Below, piece after piece: positions 30,186-39,063 of a stretch of 64,000 nt of DNA. The notes beneath the pieces were generated by a model that was not told where the DNA came from, searched no databases, and saw only the letters and a program-made list of their open reading frames with translations. The stretch spans positions 115-64,114 of the forward strand of contig CAYQOQ010000004.1 in NCBI GenBank assembly GCA_964419175.1, in the 5' to 3' direction. This DNA comes from an uncultured Terracidiphilus sp. (GTDB lineage: Bacteria > Acidobacteriota > Terriglobia > Terriglobales > Acidobacteriaceae). The translations under genes were made by a program, and so were the position numbers. The number at the start of each line of letters is the position of its first letter. Position 1 is the first letter of the stretch.

Positions 30186-30336
30186 CTTTCTCCTTCTTCA
30201 CGATCACTTGCTGCTAGTGTGTTTTTTGGCTGAAGTGAGTTGTTTCTTCAGTCCTGAAAAAGCTGGCCAGTACGATGGATGCGAATCAAATCATCTGTCA
30301 TCGCATGTTTTAGATTGAGTTACAAATCTCTTGTCG

Positions 30337-33300
30337 TCACTTCACGTCTGCTACATCAAATCGATAGGTGCCGGCAGGGAGTTCGTAGCCTGTCTGTCCT
30401 TCTTTTGTCGACGGGGTTGCTAAATTGTTGTTTACCAGAGGGGCACCATTGAGTACATACGTTGCGGCTTCGGCATTCGTCGCGCGCAGCCAACCGGTCG
30501 CATTCGCCGGAATGGTCAGCATCCAGTGCGCTTTATCGCCGTCCACGTTCCAGCTTGAGTGAATTTCGCCGTAGGGCGATTGAAAACGCAGATCAAGACT
30601 GCCGATCTTGCGATCGAATACCGGATGCAGATAGACGGTGTGGAAGCCTGCATCGAGGGGAGTCGCATCAACTCCAGCGCCATAGCGGTAAATCCAGTCG
30701 GCGACTGCACCGTAGGCATAGTGGTTGAAGGAGTTCATGCTTGGATCGCCCATCATCTGATCGCCGTTCCAGCGCTCCCACATGGTGGTTGCGCCATGGT
30801 CCACCAGATAACCCCACGATGGATAATCGGTATTCAACATCAGTTTGAATGCGAGATCGCTATGGCCGGTCTCGACGAGAGTGGCGAGTAAATAGGGCGT
30901 ACCGAGAAATCCGGTGCCGAGCATGCCGTGGTTGGCTTCGATTTTTGCCACGAGCCTTGCAGCAGCGGCAGAACGCAAATCATCGGGCACCAGGTGCATG
31001 TTGAGCGCCAGCACATAGCCGGTCTGCGTGTCGCCGCCTTTTGCCTTCGCGTCGGGATTGTTGATCTGTCCGAAGGGGGACGGTCCACTGTCCGCGCCGG
31101 GGATGAAACCATCTGCGTGCACATACTTTTGCGCGAACGCGGCACGGATATGTTCGAAGAGTTTTTGGAAGCGCGCCTCTTCGTCACGTTTGCCGACGGC
31201 GTGGGCCATCTGGCGCATGAGTGTGACGTCATAGGCCCAATAGGCTGTGGCCACAAGTGAAGAACTCGTGGGCCCTTCAGGCGAAAGCCAATCGCCGAAG
31301 GGTATGCCCGCATCGTGCATCCACAAGCCGTCGGGATTAGCCTTCTCGATCGCGCCCAGGTACTTCTCCATCGCATCCCAGTTCTGCTCGATGATTCTTG
31401 TGTCGCCGGATTGCAGCCATGAGGTCCATGGGATAATGACGCCTGCATCGCTCCACCCAGCGCCGGAAGCCTGCGAACTCATGCCCGTTCCCGGCGCCAT
31501 GATGCCATAGTACGGAGTGCCGTCCTGGGTTCCGCGCAGATCCGAAGCGAACTTGCGCGAGAAGGCCGCGAGATCTGCATTGTAGGAGGCGGCGCGCCAG
31601 AAGACCTCGGCATCGCCCGTCCATCCCATTCGCTCATCGCGCTGGGGACAGTCGGTTGGCACCCCCACAAAATTCGACCGTTGCCCCCACAGGATGTTGC
31701 TCCATAACTGATTGAGCATTGCACTGCCCGTCTTCAGTTGCGTTGTAAAGGGCGCGTCGGTATGAAGGACAATTGCCTCGACAGCTTCTTTGGCGGGCGC
31801 TACGGTCAGGCCGCTGATTTCGAGAAAGCGGAAGCCGTGGAAGGTGAAGCGAGGCTGGAACTCTTCCACGCCCTTTCCGGCGAGAATGAAATGGTCTGTC
31901 GCCTTTGCGGTGCGCAGGTTGTCCGTGTAAAGTGTGCCGTCTGGATTTGTGACCTCGCCCATGCGCACTTGCACGTCAGCGCCGGCAGGTCCTTCAACAC
32001 GAATGCGCTCGACTCCGGTCATATTCTGTTCGAAGTCGTAAAGATAGACGCCGGGTTTCAGCACCTTCATCGTTTTCGCATGCAACACGGATTCGGCGCG
32101 TATTGGCTGGAAGTCTTGCGCTTCAATGACCACCGGCTTGGGCGCGATCACGGTCGCAGGTGTCCAGCCTGCCTCATCGAATCCGGCGGTATCCCATCCA
32201 GGTTGCGCCAGCCGCGCATCGTAGGTTTCTCCGTCATAAATCTCGGCCTTGAGAATGGGCGACTGCCGCGCCTTCCACGCGCCATCGGTCGCAATCCACT
32301 CCACTCTGCCGTCGGCACGTTCAATGCGCAACTCGGCAAGCAGTGAGGGCGGCGTCAAACCGTAGCTATTGGGCTGTTGAAACCACTTCAACGGCGTTGA
32401 GTACCAGCCCGGAGCAAGCAGCGCCGCAAGCACGTTGGCGCCGCTCAGAATGTTCGCGGTTACATCGAAAGTTTGATATTCGACCCGCTTGCGATAGTCC
32501 GTCCATCCCGGCGCCAATGCATCGTTGCCAACACGTTTTCCATTCAGGAAAACCTGATACGCCCCCAAAGAAGTGACATATAACCGCGCCGAGCGCACTT
32601 CCCCTGCGCTTTTGAAGCCACGGCGAAATGCTTTCACCGATTCCGCTGGCCACGGGGCGCCAAGGGGATCGTCTCCCATCGCCTTGGCGTTCGAATCCTC
32701 GGTCCACTGGATTGCATTCTTCCATCCGCTCTCGTCGAAGTTCACGCCCGTCCATCCTTCGACGGGACGCTGCGAGACCTTCCAATCAGCGCCACTGCCC
32801 CAACTCTGCATCGAACCATCTGTATACCAAACGACCAACGTCGTCTGCATTGGCGGGTTACTGACTGCCGGGTTCCCACTAGGACTTATGTTGTAGTGAA
32901 TCGAATCGACTGCAATAACATTGGCGCCGATGCTGAGCGCGGCCGTGACTTCCTGCGGCACGTACTTTTTCCATGGAAGTTGCTTCCAGGCAGGTAGCGG
33001 CTTGCTCTTCATAACTTGCTGGCCGTTGATCCAGGCCGAAGCCGTATCCTCGGCCGAGACATACAGAGTGGCACGACGGACCGGCTTGGTCAGTTCCACA
33101 TGCGCCCGGTAGGTGATATGTTCCTCTGCGTTTTGCGGCTGATTGACATCCGGCTTTGGACTCGTGATCCACTTCGCGCCGGAATGCCGAACTGCGCGCT
33201 CTTCTGCCGTTTCATAACCAATCCATTGCGCGCGCCATGCCTGATTCAATAGCCCCGACTCCCACCAACTGACCGGGCTCTCGGGTGCGAGTTTGTTCTC

Positions 33301-33693
33301 TTGGTCCCAAAGCAGAACTTTCCAAAAATAGCGCGTCGAAGGAGCGATACTCGCCCCAGCGTAAGGAACGGCCACCGACTGCCCGCTTGCAATACGCCCG
33401 CTATCCCACACGTTCACTTTGCCCACTGCCAGCAACTCCGGCTTCGACGCAACGAGCAGCCGGTAAGCTGTCTGCCGCGCGCCTTGTCGATTGTCCCGCA
33501 ATTGCCAGGAAAACCTCGGCTGCGCATCGTCGATGCCAAGTGGCGTGACCATTTCGTCTACGCGCAGAGCCGCGGGACTGAGCGCCTGTGCGCGTGCGGA
33601 GGGGGTGAACAGCACAGTTCCAAGCCCTGCACAAGCTGCGGCAACTACGAGCCACAGGCCCGCGCGGTGTATTCCCTTCGCCATTCCGATCAT
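30337..33693 (-). CDS. GH78-family alpha-L-rhamnosidase
   Basis: PRFSWQL, LAPGWTDYRKRV, FTFHGFRF, PTDCPQRDERMGWTGDA, TTMWERWN and MNSFNHYAYGAV motifs. Confidence 0.92.
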   Translation of the reverse strand: MIGMAKGIHRAGLWLVVAAACAGLGTVLFTPSARAQALSPAALRVDEMVTPLGIDDAQPRFSWQLRDNRQGARQTAYRLLVASKPELLAVGKVNVWDSGRIASGQSVAVPYAGASIAPSTRYFWKVLLWDQENKLAPESPVSWWESGLLNQAWRAQWIGYETAEERAVRHSGAKWITSPKPDVNQPQNAEEHITYRAHVELTKPVRRATLYVSAEDTASAWINGQQVMKSKPLPAWKQLPWKKYVPQEVTAALSIGANVIAVDSIHYNISPSGNPAVSNPPMQTTLVVWYTDGSMQSWGSGADWKVSQRPVEGWTGVNFDESGWKNAIQWTEDSNAKAMGDDPLGAPWPAESVKAFRRGFKSAGEVRSARLYVTSLGAYQVFLNGKRVGNDALAPGWTDYRKRVEYQTFDVTANILSGANVLAALLAPGWYSTPLKWFQQPNSYGLTPPSLLAELRIERADGRVEWIATDGAWKARQSPILKAEIYDGETYDARLAQPGWDTAGFDEAGWTPATVIAPKPVVIEAQDFQPIRAESVLHAKTMKVLKPGVYLYDFEQNMTGVERIRVEGPAGADVQVRMGEVTNPDGTLYTDNLRTAKATDHFILAGKGVEEFQPRFTFHGFRFLEISGLTVAPAKEAVEAIVLHTDAPFTTQLKTGSAMLNQLWSNILWGQRSNFVGVPTDCPQRDERMGWTGDAEVFWRAASYNADLAAFSRKFASDLRGTQDGTPYYGIMAPGTGMSSQASGAGWSDAGVIIPWTSWLQSGDTRIIEQNWDAMEKYLGAIEKANPDGLWMHDAGIPFGDWLSPEGPTSSSLVATAYWAYDVTLMRQMAHAVGKRDEEARFQKLFEHIRAAFAQKYVHADGFIPGADSGPSPFGQINNPDAKAKGGDTQTGYVLALNMHLVPDDLRSAAAARLVAKIEANHGMLGTGFLGTPYLLATLVETGHSDLAFKLMLNTDYPSWGYLVDHGATTMWERWNGDQMMGDPSMNSFNHYAYGAVADWIYRYGAGVDATPLDAGFHTVYLHPVFDRKIGSLDLRFQSPYGEIHSSWNVDGDKAHWMLTIPANATGWLRATNAEAATYVLNGAPLVNNNLATPSTKEGQTGYELPAGTYRFDVADVK

Positions 33694-34910
33694 TGCTGTT
33701 GGGCCTCCGAGCCCAGTTCCTGCGGTGTGACGCTATCCTTCGATTGCGTGGATGCTGCCTGGTTCCGCTCGGCAGCTGAACGATTGCGCAGCTTTTGAAA
33801 TGCCGCTAGGGCCTGCTTTTGAGCCTGCGAATTGCCTTGCTGACGCTCGGCCTGCGCCAGGCGATACCAGGCCACTTCGTCATCTGCTCGAAGTGCGGTC
33901 GCTCGTCGCAGGTGGTCTGCAGCCAGCGATGGCTTCTGTTCATTAAGCAGAATGCCGGCCAGACCCACCTCCGCTTCCTCAAATTCAGGGTAGTAATGAA
34001 TTGCGGATTCGTAGAGCTGTTGAGCCGCGACTTGGTCGCCACGCTTGGAGCGCAATCCAGCCAATTCATAAGCTGCATTGGCATTTCCTGGATTGATTTC
34101 CAACTCCTTTGCAAACTCCGCGTCGGCAGCAGCGAGATCTTCGGCAGACTGGCTTGATCCCCATTTCGATAGATAGGCCCGTCCCATGCGGTAATGCACA
34201 TTCACGCGTTGCGGATCGATCTCCAGCACACTGCGATAGCTATTGATTGCATCCATATACTGGCCTTGGCTCTCGTGCGCTTCGCCCTGTGCCAACCGCG
34301 CCCACACGGAACCGCCGGCACCATGAAAGAGACTTTGCATCGTAAGATATGCCGAATTGCCAAGGACCTTTCCCACCGTGTAGAGCACTTCGGGATCGTC
34401 CTTATAGAGATCGCGCAGAGCCAGCGCAGTTTCAGCAGCGCGGCGATCCATCTGGAGGCGCCCGTAGACCGCGGTGAGTTCAAGCCCCGCCTGCCGTCTT
34501 ACTTCCGGGTCGGCGGCTGAATGAAAAGCCTTCTCCAGACCCGGCAATGCCTCGCGATTTTTGCCGCTTTCCGCAAGGGACATGGCCAAAAGCGATTCGA
34601 GTCCAGGCAGAGCGGGCTTAAGCTTGCGTGCTGCGCGTATCTCTTCCACAGCGCGATCGAAGCTGCCCAGTTTGAAGTCGATAACGCCGAGCGTAGCATG
34701 AACCTCGGCGACGGACGCATCCATCTTTTCCAGCCGTTCGAAGTCGGCGCGAGCCTCGTCGAATCTACCCGCGGCCATGGCCGCGCGGCCGGTGTTAAAA
34801 AGTTGTGCGAAATTGTCTCGATCCGAAGCACCCTGCGCCAGGGCTTGGGCCGCAATGCATCCAGCAAAAATCAATGCACTGGAAATCCAGGCTTTCCTTG
34901 TGGCTGTCAT
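33690..34910 (-). CDS. Exported tetratricopeptide-repeat protein
   Basis: Signal peptide (MTATRKAWISSALIFAG...) followed by repeated TPR helices over the whole length. Confidence 0.85.
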   Translation of the reverse strand: MTATRKAWISSALIFAGCIAAQALAQGASDRDNFAQLFNTGRAAMAAGRFDEARADFERLEKMDASVAEVHATLGVIDFKLGSFDRAVEEIRAARKLKPALPGLESLLAMSLAESGKNREALPGLEKAFHSAADPEVRRQAGLELTAVYGRLQMDRRAAETALALRDLYKDDPEVLYTVGKVLGNSAYLTMQSLFHGAGGSVWARLAQGEAHESQGQYMDAINSYRSVLEIDPQRVNVHYRMGRAYLSKWGSSQSAEDLAAADAEFAKELEINPGNANAAYELAGLRSKRGDQVAAQQLYESAIHYYPEFEEAEVGLAGILLNEQKPSLAADHLRRATALRADDEVAWYRLAQAERQQGNSQAQKQALAAFQKLRNRSAAERNQAASTQSKDSVTPQELGSEAQQQ

Positions 34911-34943
34911 AGGTGCCCAATCATAGCGAAGAGGAGATGCGAC

Positions 34944-34967
34944 CCGCCACCTGGACAAGCGTGGCGG
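34944..34967 (-). terminator. Hairpin after the TBDR gene (terminator or stabilising stem)
   Basis: CCGCCAC-N10-GTGGCGG about 20 nt downstream of the TBDR stop; no strong U-tract. Confidence 0.4.
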
Positions 34968-34989
34968 ATCGCGGTTTAGTTAGTTGAAG

Positions 34990-37900
34990 TTAGAAGGTGA
35001 ACTTGCCGCCTAGTTGCACGATGCGCGCTGGCCGGTACGAGGTAATCTGGCCAAAGGTTGTAGATGTAACGTTAGTGGATTCCGCTGTCGCGCCTGGTCC
35101 CACGGAGCTATTTGCATCAACGCCGAACTGAGCGTGGTTGAAAGTGTTGAAGGTTTCTAGACGAAGCTCAAACTTGGCTCTCTCGGAGATACTCACATTC
35201 TTCACCATGCCCATATCCCAATTGTTGATGCCAGGTTCATTCAGGGTGTTGCGCCCGCTGGTGCCGAACAGACCACCCTGCGGGACTGCGAAGGCGGCTG
35301 TGTTGAACCATTCTTTGGCATTCTTGACTGATCCGGAATGCGGGTTCCCGACGAGGTCGGCGCGTTGGATCGGTGTACCCAGCAACGAATTGGTGTCGTT
35401 GGCCATCACGGAGAAGGGGAAACCGGCCTGGAAAGTGCCGATGCCTGTGAACTCCCAGTCCCCCACCGCAGCGTCCACTGCGCGATTCATGTTTGCGCCA
35501 AACTTCTTGCCGCGGCCAACCGGCAGCACATAGGCATAGCTGGCGACGAAGCGCTGACCCACATTGAAGTCAGAGCGCCCGTAATCCCGGTGCGGATTAG
35601 CGGAGTCCATCGGACCAGCGTAGCTGTTAGTGGCGCCGATGCCGGCAGCTGCTGACTTGCTGTCCATGCTCTTGGCCCAGGTGTAGACCAGCAAGATGGC
35701 GTTGTTGGATGCGCGATGCTCTAACTTCACGTTGCCCGAGTTGTAATTGGAATAGCCAATCCACTTGCTATCCAGGAATCCATTCGAACTGCTGAAGTTT
35801 TGCAGTGGCTGGCGTGAGTGTGGAGCACAGTTATACAGGCCGCCTGTCGCTACTGTGATTGTCGAATTGGCATTGCAGTATGCCACTTCGTTTGTCGGCA
35901 GCGCGCCCGGCTGGTCAACATTGAAGCGCTCCAGAAGGTGCGTACCCTTGTTGCCAATGTAGTTGATCTCAAGGGTTGTGTTCCTGGCCATCTCCCGCTC
36001 GACGGACACGGTCCACTGCTGTACGTACGGATTTTGCGGGTTTTCAGAAAGGATCACCGCGGTAAAGGCTCCGCCATTGGCGGCGGCCGACACCGGAGCA
36101 ATTGCGCTCATCGGGGCGAACAACTGATCTGTCGACTTTAACGTTTGGCCGGCACTCGCCGTCAAACTGGTACGGATCAAGTACGGATACTGATCTCCCG
36201 AGTTGTCCATCTCGCGCGTTTCAGAGGAGTCATAGAATATGCCGTAGCCGCCGCGAACCACGTATTTGTCTGCGGGACGATAGGCAAAGCCAAAGCGCGG
36301 AGCAAGGGGTAACGGCCTGCTCGGGTTGGGGTGCTGGCCGCAGTAGCGGTAGAATCCGTTGCCTGCCGGCGCAATGCCGTCGGTCAGCAGAGTCTGATCC
36401 GCGAAGCAGAGTCCGCCAGCGGCGTTCTGCGTATCCAGCCAGAACAGTTGGTTGGTTTGCGCGTACGGAATCGTGCGTAGATCAGCGCGCAGGCCCAGGT
36501 TGAGAGTCAACTTGGCGCTAACCTTCCAGTCATCCTGGACATAGGGTGCCGCGTATTTGAAGACATAGTCGTTCTCATGGCCCGGTGCTGCTCCCGTGGC
36601 CGAGAACGGACCCGGCTGGAAGGTCGAGGCTCCGCTGTAGTAACCCAGCAGATAATCCGCATATGAGTTGCCGGTTCCGCAATACTTGTTGCCCGCCGGA
36701 CACCCATTGACGCCGCTGGTTCCATTCTGGTTGATCAGGTTGCTGCTATACGAATACGATCCGAGGAAATTGGTGGCCAGGTTGCGCTTCTGCACCCAGC
36801 TACGATAGTCGAAACCGAACTTGAACGAGTGCGCTCCCCACTGCTTCATAACCGAATCGGCGAACTCCCATACGGGAATATCGCTGGTGGTCGGATCGTT
36901 TCCGGGGCTGCCGGCAGAAACGGCATTCGAAACACTGAAACCCAGGTTCGGATAGCCGGCCGCATACGCAGGGAGATTCGTAAAGATGCCGCTGAGGTTG
37001 AGCGTTGAGATATCCGCTGCGCTGGCCGCACTGTCGCCCTGAATTGCTTTTGCTTCCAATTTGCCGAAGCGGAAGTCGTTAACGAAGCCGCGTGGCAAGG
37101 CTACCGTATAGGCGCCAGTCCAGCTGGTCGAGTTTTCCGAGAAGATGTTTGCCCCGGCATTAGCTTGGGCAGCGAGCGAGGAGGTCCCGAAGTTTGAAGA
37201 AGCGTAATTCGCCCTGGTATAGCGGAAGAAAATCTGCCCCCACTTCTGGAAGGTCTGGTCAGCACGATAGGTCTGTTGATCGGTGTTGGTTGTCGCGTTC
37301 GCCGTTGCAAACCAGTTCAACACGCCGTTGGTGTCCGTGGCTGCGGTCGGAATCGTCTTCACGGTTGCCTGGGCCATGTGAGAGAACCGGCTTGAGGGAA
37401 TCTTGTTCCCGGGAAACGGCAGCCCGGTCAGCGGATCGACAGGTGTGCAGTTCTGTGTGCCCGAACCCGAGATCGCTATACAAGCTGGCGTCCCGGCCAG
37501 CGGGAAAAGGGCCGAGTTCGCGGCAATTGCGGAAAAGTCGCCGCCAAGTTCAGCCGCCGTCGGCGCGGCTCCCGAGGTGTGGCCGCCTAAAATCGCGCGC
37601 CGCCCCTCGTAATTGGCCAGAAAGAAAGTCTTGTTCTGGGCGTTGTAGAGCTTGGGAATTGAGGCCGGGCCACTCAAAACGTAGCCAAACTGATTATCCC
37701 GCCATTCGGTAGCCTTATTACTGGTATTGCTCACACTCTGATGCGGAATGGCGTTCATGAAGTCATTACGGAGGAATTCAAAAGCAGAGCCGTGATACTG
37801 GTTTCCGCCGCTCTTGCTGACGATGTTGACCTGGTTGGCGCTGAATCCGTAGTCGGCCCCGTAGGTCGCGCTCTGTACTTTGAATTCCTGGATGGCGTCC

Positions 37901-38541
37901 TGCGACAGAATTACCGCCGGCGTATTGAGGGCCGTATCGGTGTTTATCAGGCCGTCGAGGGTGTAGTTGTTCGACTCCGGGCGGGAGCCGTTGATGCTGA
38001 TCGCATCGCCTTCGTTGGACCGCATCTGGCCTTGCTCGCCAACCGTCTGGACCGCGCCCGCGCCAACGAACAACAGCGAGGTAAAGTTACGGCCGTTGAT
38101 CGGGAGTTGCGACATCTGCCGCTCGCTGACTACCTGCGACACCGAAGACGAGTCTGTGTCCAACGCGACCGCGCTGGCGCTAACCTCGATTGTCTCGGAG
38201 ACGGCGCCCGCCTTCAATTGCAGGTTGACGCGCTGATCCTGTGCGACCGCCAGCACGATGCCACTGACCATCGTCTTGGAGAATCCGGCCATTTGCACAG
38301 ACACTGTGTAGTGTCCTGGAATCAGGTTGGTTGCCGTGTAATCGCCTGTTCCTGTTGAAGTTACCCTGGCGACTACGCCTGTCGAAGTGTTGGTGATTTC
38401 TACTGGTGCGCTCGCAATCACAGCACCTGTACTGTCGGTAACTGTTCCCAGAATCGTACCGGTTGTTCCCGCTTGTCCCCATAGGGTGTGGGCGAACACC
38501 AGCACAATTGTGAGCATCGAAAAATACTTCAGAATTCTCAC
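34990..38541 (-). CDS. TonB-dependent receptor (Oar-like type)
   Basis: GTG start with an AAGGAGG RBS; LPINGRNF, DAIQEFKVQS, GSAFEFLRND, and C-terminal RIVQLGGKFTF. Confidence 0.92.
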   Translation of the reverse strand: MRILKYFSMLTIVLVFAHTLWGQAGTTGTILGTVTDSTGAVIASAPVEITNTSTGVVARVTSTGTGDYTATNLIPGHYTVSVQMAGFSKTMVSGIVLAVAQDQRVNLQLKAGAVSETIEVSASAVALDTDSSSVSQVVSERQMSQLPINGRNFTSLLFVGAGAVQTVGEQGQMRSNEGDAISINGSRPESNNYTLDGLINTDTALNTPAVILSQDAIQEFKVQSATYGADYGFSANQVNIVSKSGGNQYHGSAFEFLRNDFMNAIPHQSVSNTSNKATEWRDNQFGYVLSGPASIPKLYNAQNKTFFLANYEGRRAILGGHTSGAAPTAAELGGDFSAIAANSALFPLAGTPACIAISGSGTQNCTPVDPLTGLPFPGNKIPSSRFSHMAQATVKTIPTAATDTNGVLNWFATANATTNTDQQTYRADQTFQKWGQIFFRYTRANYASSNFGTSSLAAQANAGANIFSENSTSWTGAYTVALPRGFVNDFRFGKLEAKAIQGDSAASAADISTLNLSGIFTNLPAYAAGYPNLGFSVSNAVSAGSPGNDPTTSDIPVWEFADSVMKQWGAHSFKFGFDYRSWVQKRNLATNFLGSYSYSSNLINQNGTSGVNGCPAGNKYCGTGNSYADYLLGYYSGASTFQPGPFSATGAAPGHENDYVFKYAAPYVQDDWKVSAKLTLNLGLRADLRTIPYAQTNQLFWLDTQNAAGGLCFADQTLLTDGIAPAGNGFYRYCGQHPNPSRPLPLAPRFGFAYRPADKYVVRGGYGIFYDSSETREMDNSGDQYPYLIRTSLTASAGQTLKSTDQLFAPMSAIAPVSAAANGGAFTAVILSENPQNPYVQQWTVSVEREMARNTTLEINYIGNKGTHLLERFNVDQPGALPTNEVAYCNANSTITVATGGLYNCAPHSRQPLQNFSSSNGFLDSKWIGYSNYNSGNVKLEHRASNNAILLVYTWAKSMDSKSAAAGIGATNSYAGPMDSANPHRDYGRSDFNVGQRFVASYAYVLPVGRGKKFGANMNRAVDAAVGDWEFTGIGTFQAGFPFSVMANDTNSLLGTPIQRADLVGNPHSGSVKNAKEWFNTAAFAVPQGGLFGTSGRNTLNEPGINNWDMGMVKNVSISERAKFELRLETFNTFNHAQFGVDANSSVGPGATAESTNVTSTTFGQITSYRPARIVQLGGKFTF

Positions 38542-38954
38542 GATACTGCCTCCTTGAAGGTTGAGTTGCGTTTCAATTACATGGCATTGGTCCGGTGACT
38601 CAGCAGCCGTCAAAGATCAAGCTCCGGCAGCCATGGATCCAGCCCCGAACAGTCCCGCTGCGAATGCAAACCTCGCAGCAGAGCTTGGAATCAAAATGCA
38701 TCATTTAGTTGGTCTCATAGATTCGGATTCAGGCTGCTCTCTACCGCCTAATGGAATGCGCGGCTCGATAGTTGCGTTCAAGATTCTCAAGCGGAACATT
38801 TCTAAACCGAAACTAATTCAAATGCAAAATCAGACCGAAAACTATGCGCGTATGCAGAGAATCGTCCAGTGCCATACGGTAATGCTCTCGTTAGAAGCGC
38901 GCGCAAAACGCTTAAGATCTATTTTTTGAATTAGATACGAAAATATCCTAGAGA

Positions 38955-38976
38955 TGTTAGGAGCTTTGTTAGGAGC
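38955..38976 (+). repeat. Tandem direct repeat TGTTAGGAGC (period 12), candidate operator
   Basis: TGTTAGGAGC-tt-TGTTAGGAGC in the AT-rich divergent promoter region between the TBDR and the regulator. Confidence 0.6.
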
Positions 38977-39011
38977 GTAGAGGTAGGACCAGTCTCCTCT
39001 TCGATTCCAGT

Positions 39012-39041
39012 TTGAATGCAATGCTTGGTGGGGGTATACTT
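39012..39041 (+). promoter_or_regulatory. Sigma70-type promoter
   Basis: TTGAAT-N17-TATACT followed by an AGGAG RBS and the ATG at 39064. Confidence 0.65.
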
Positions 39042-39063
39042 CACTTCGCTAGGAGCTAAGGCA

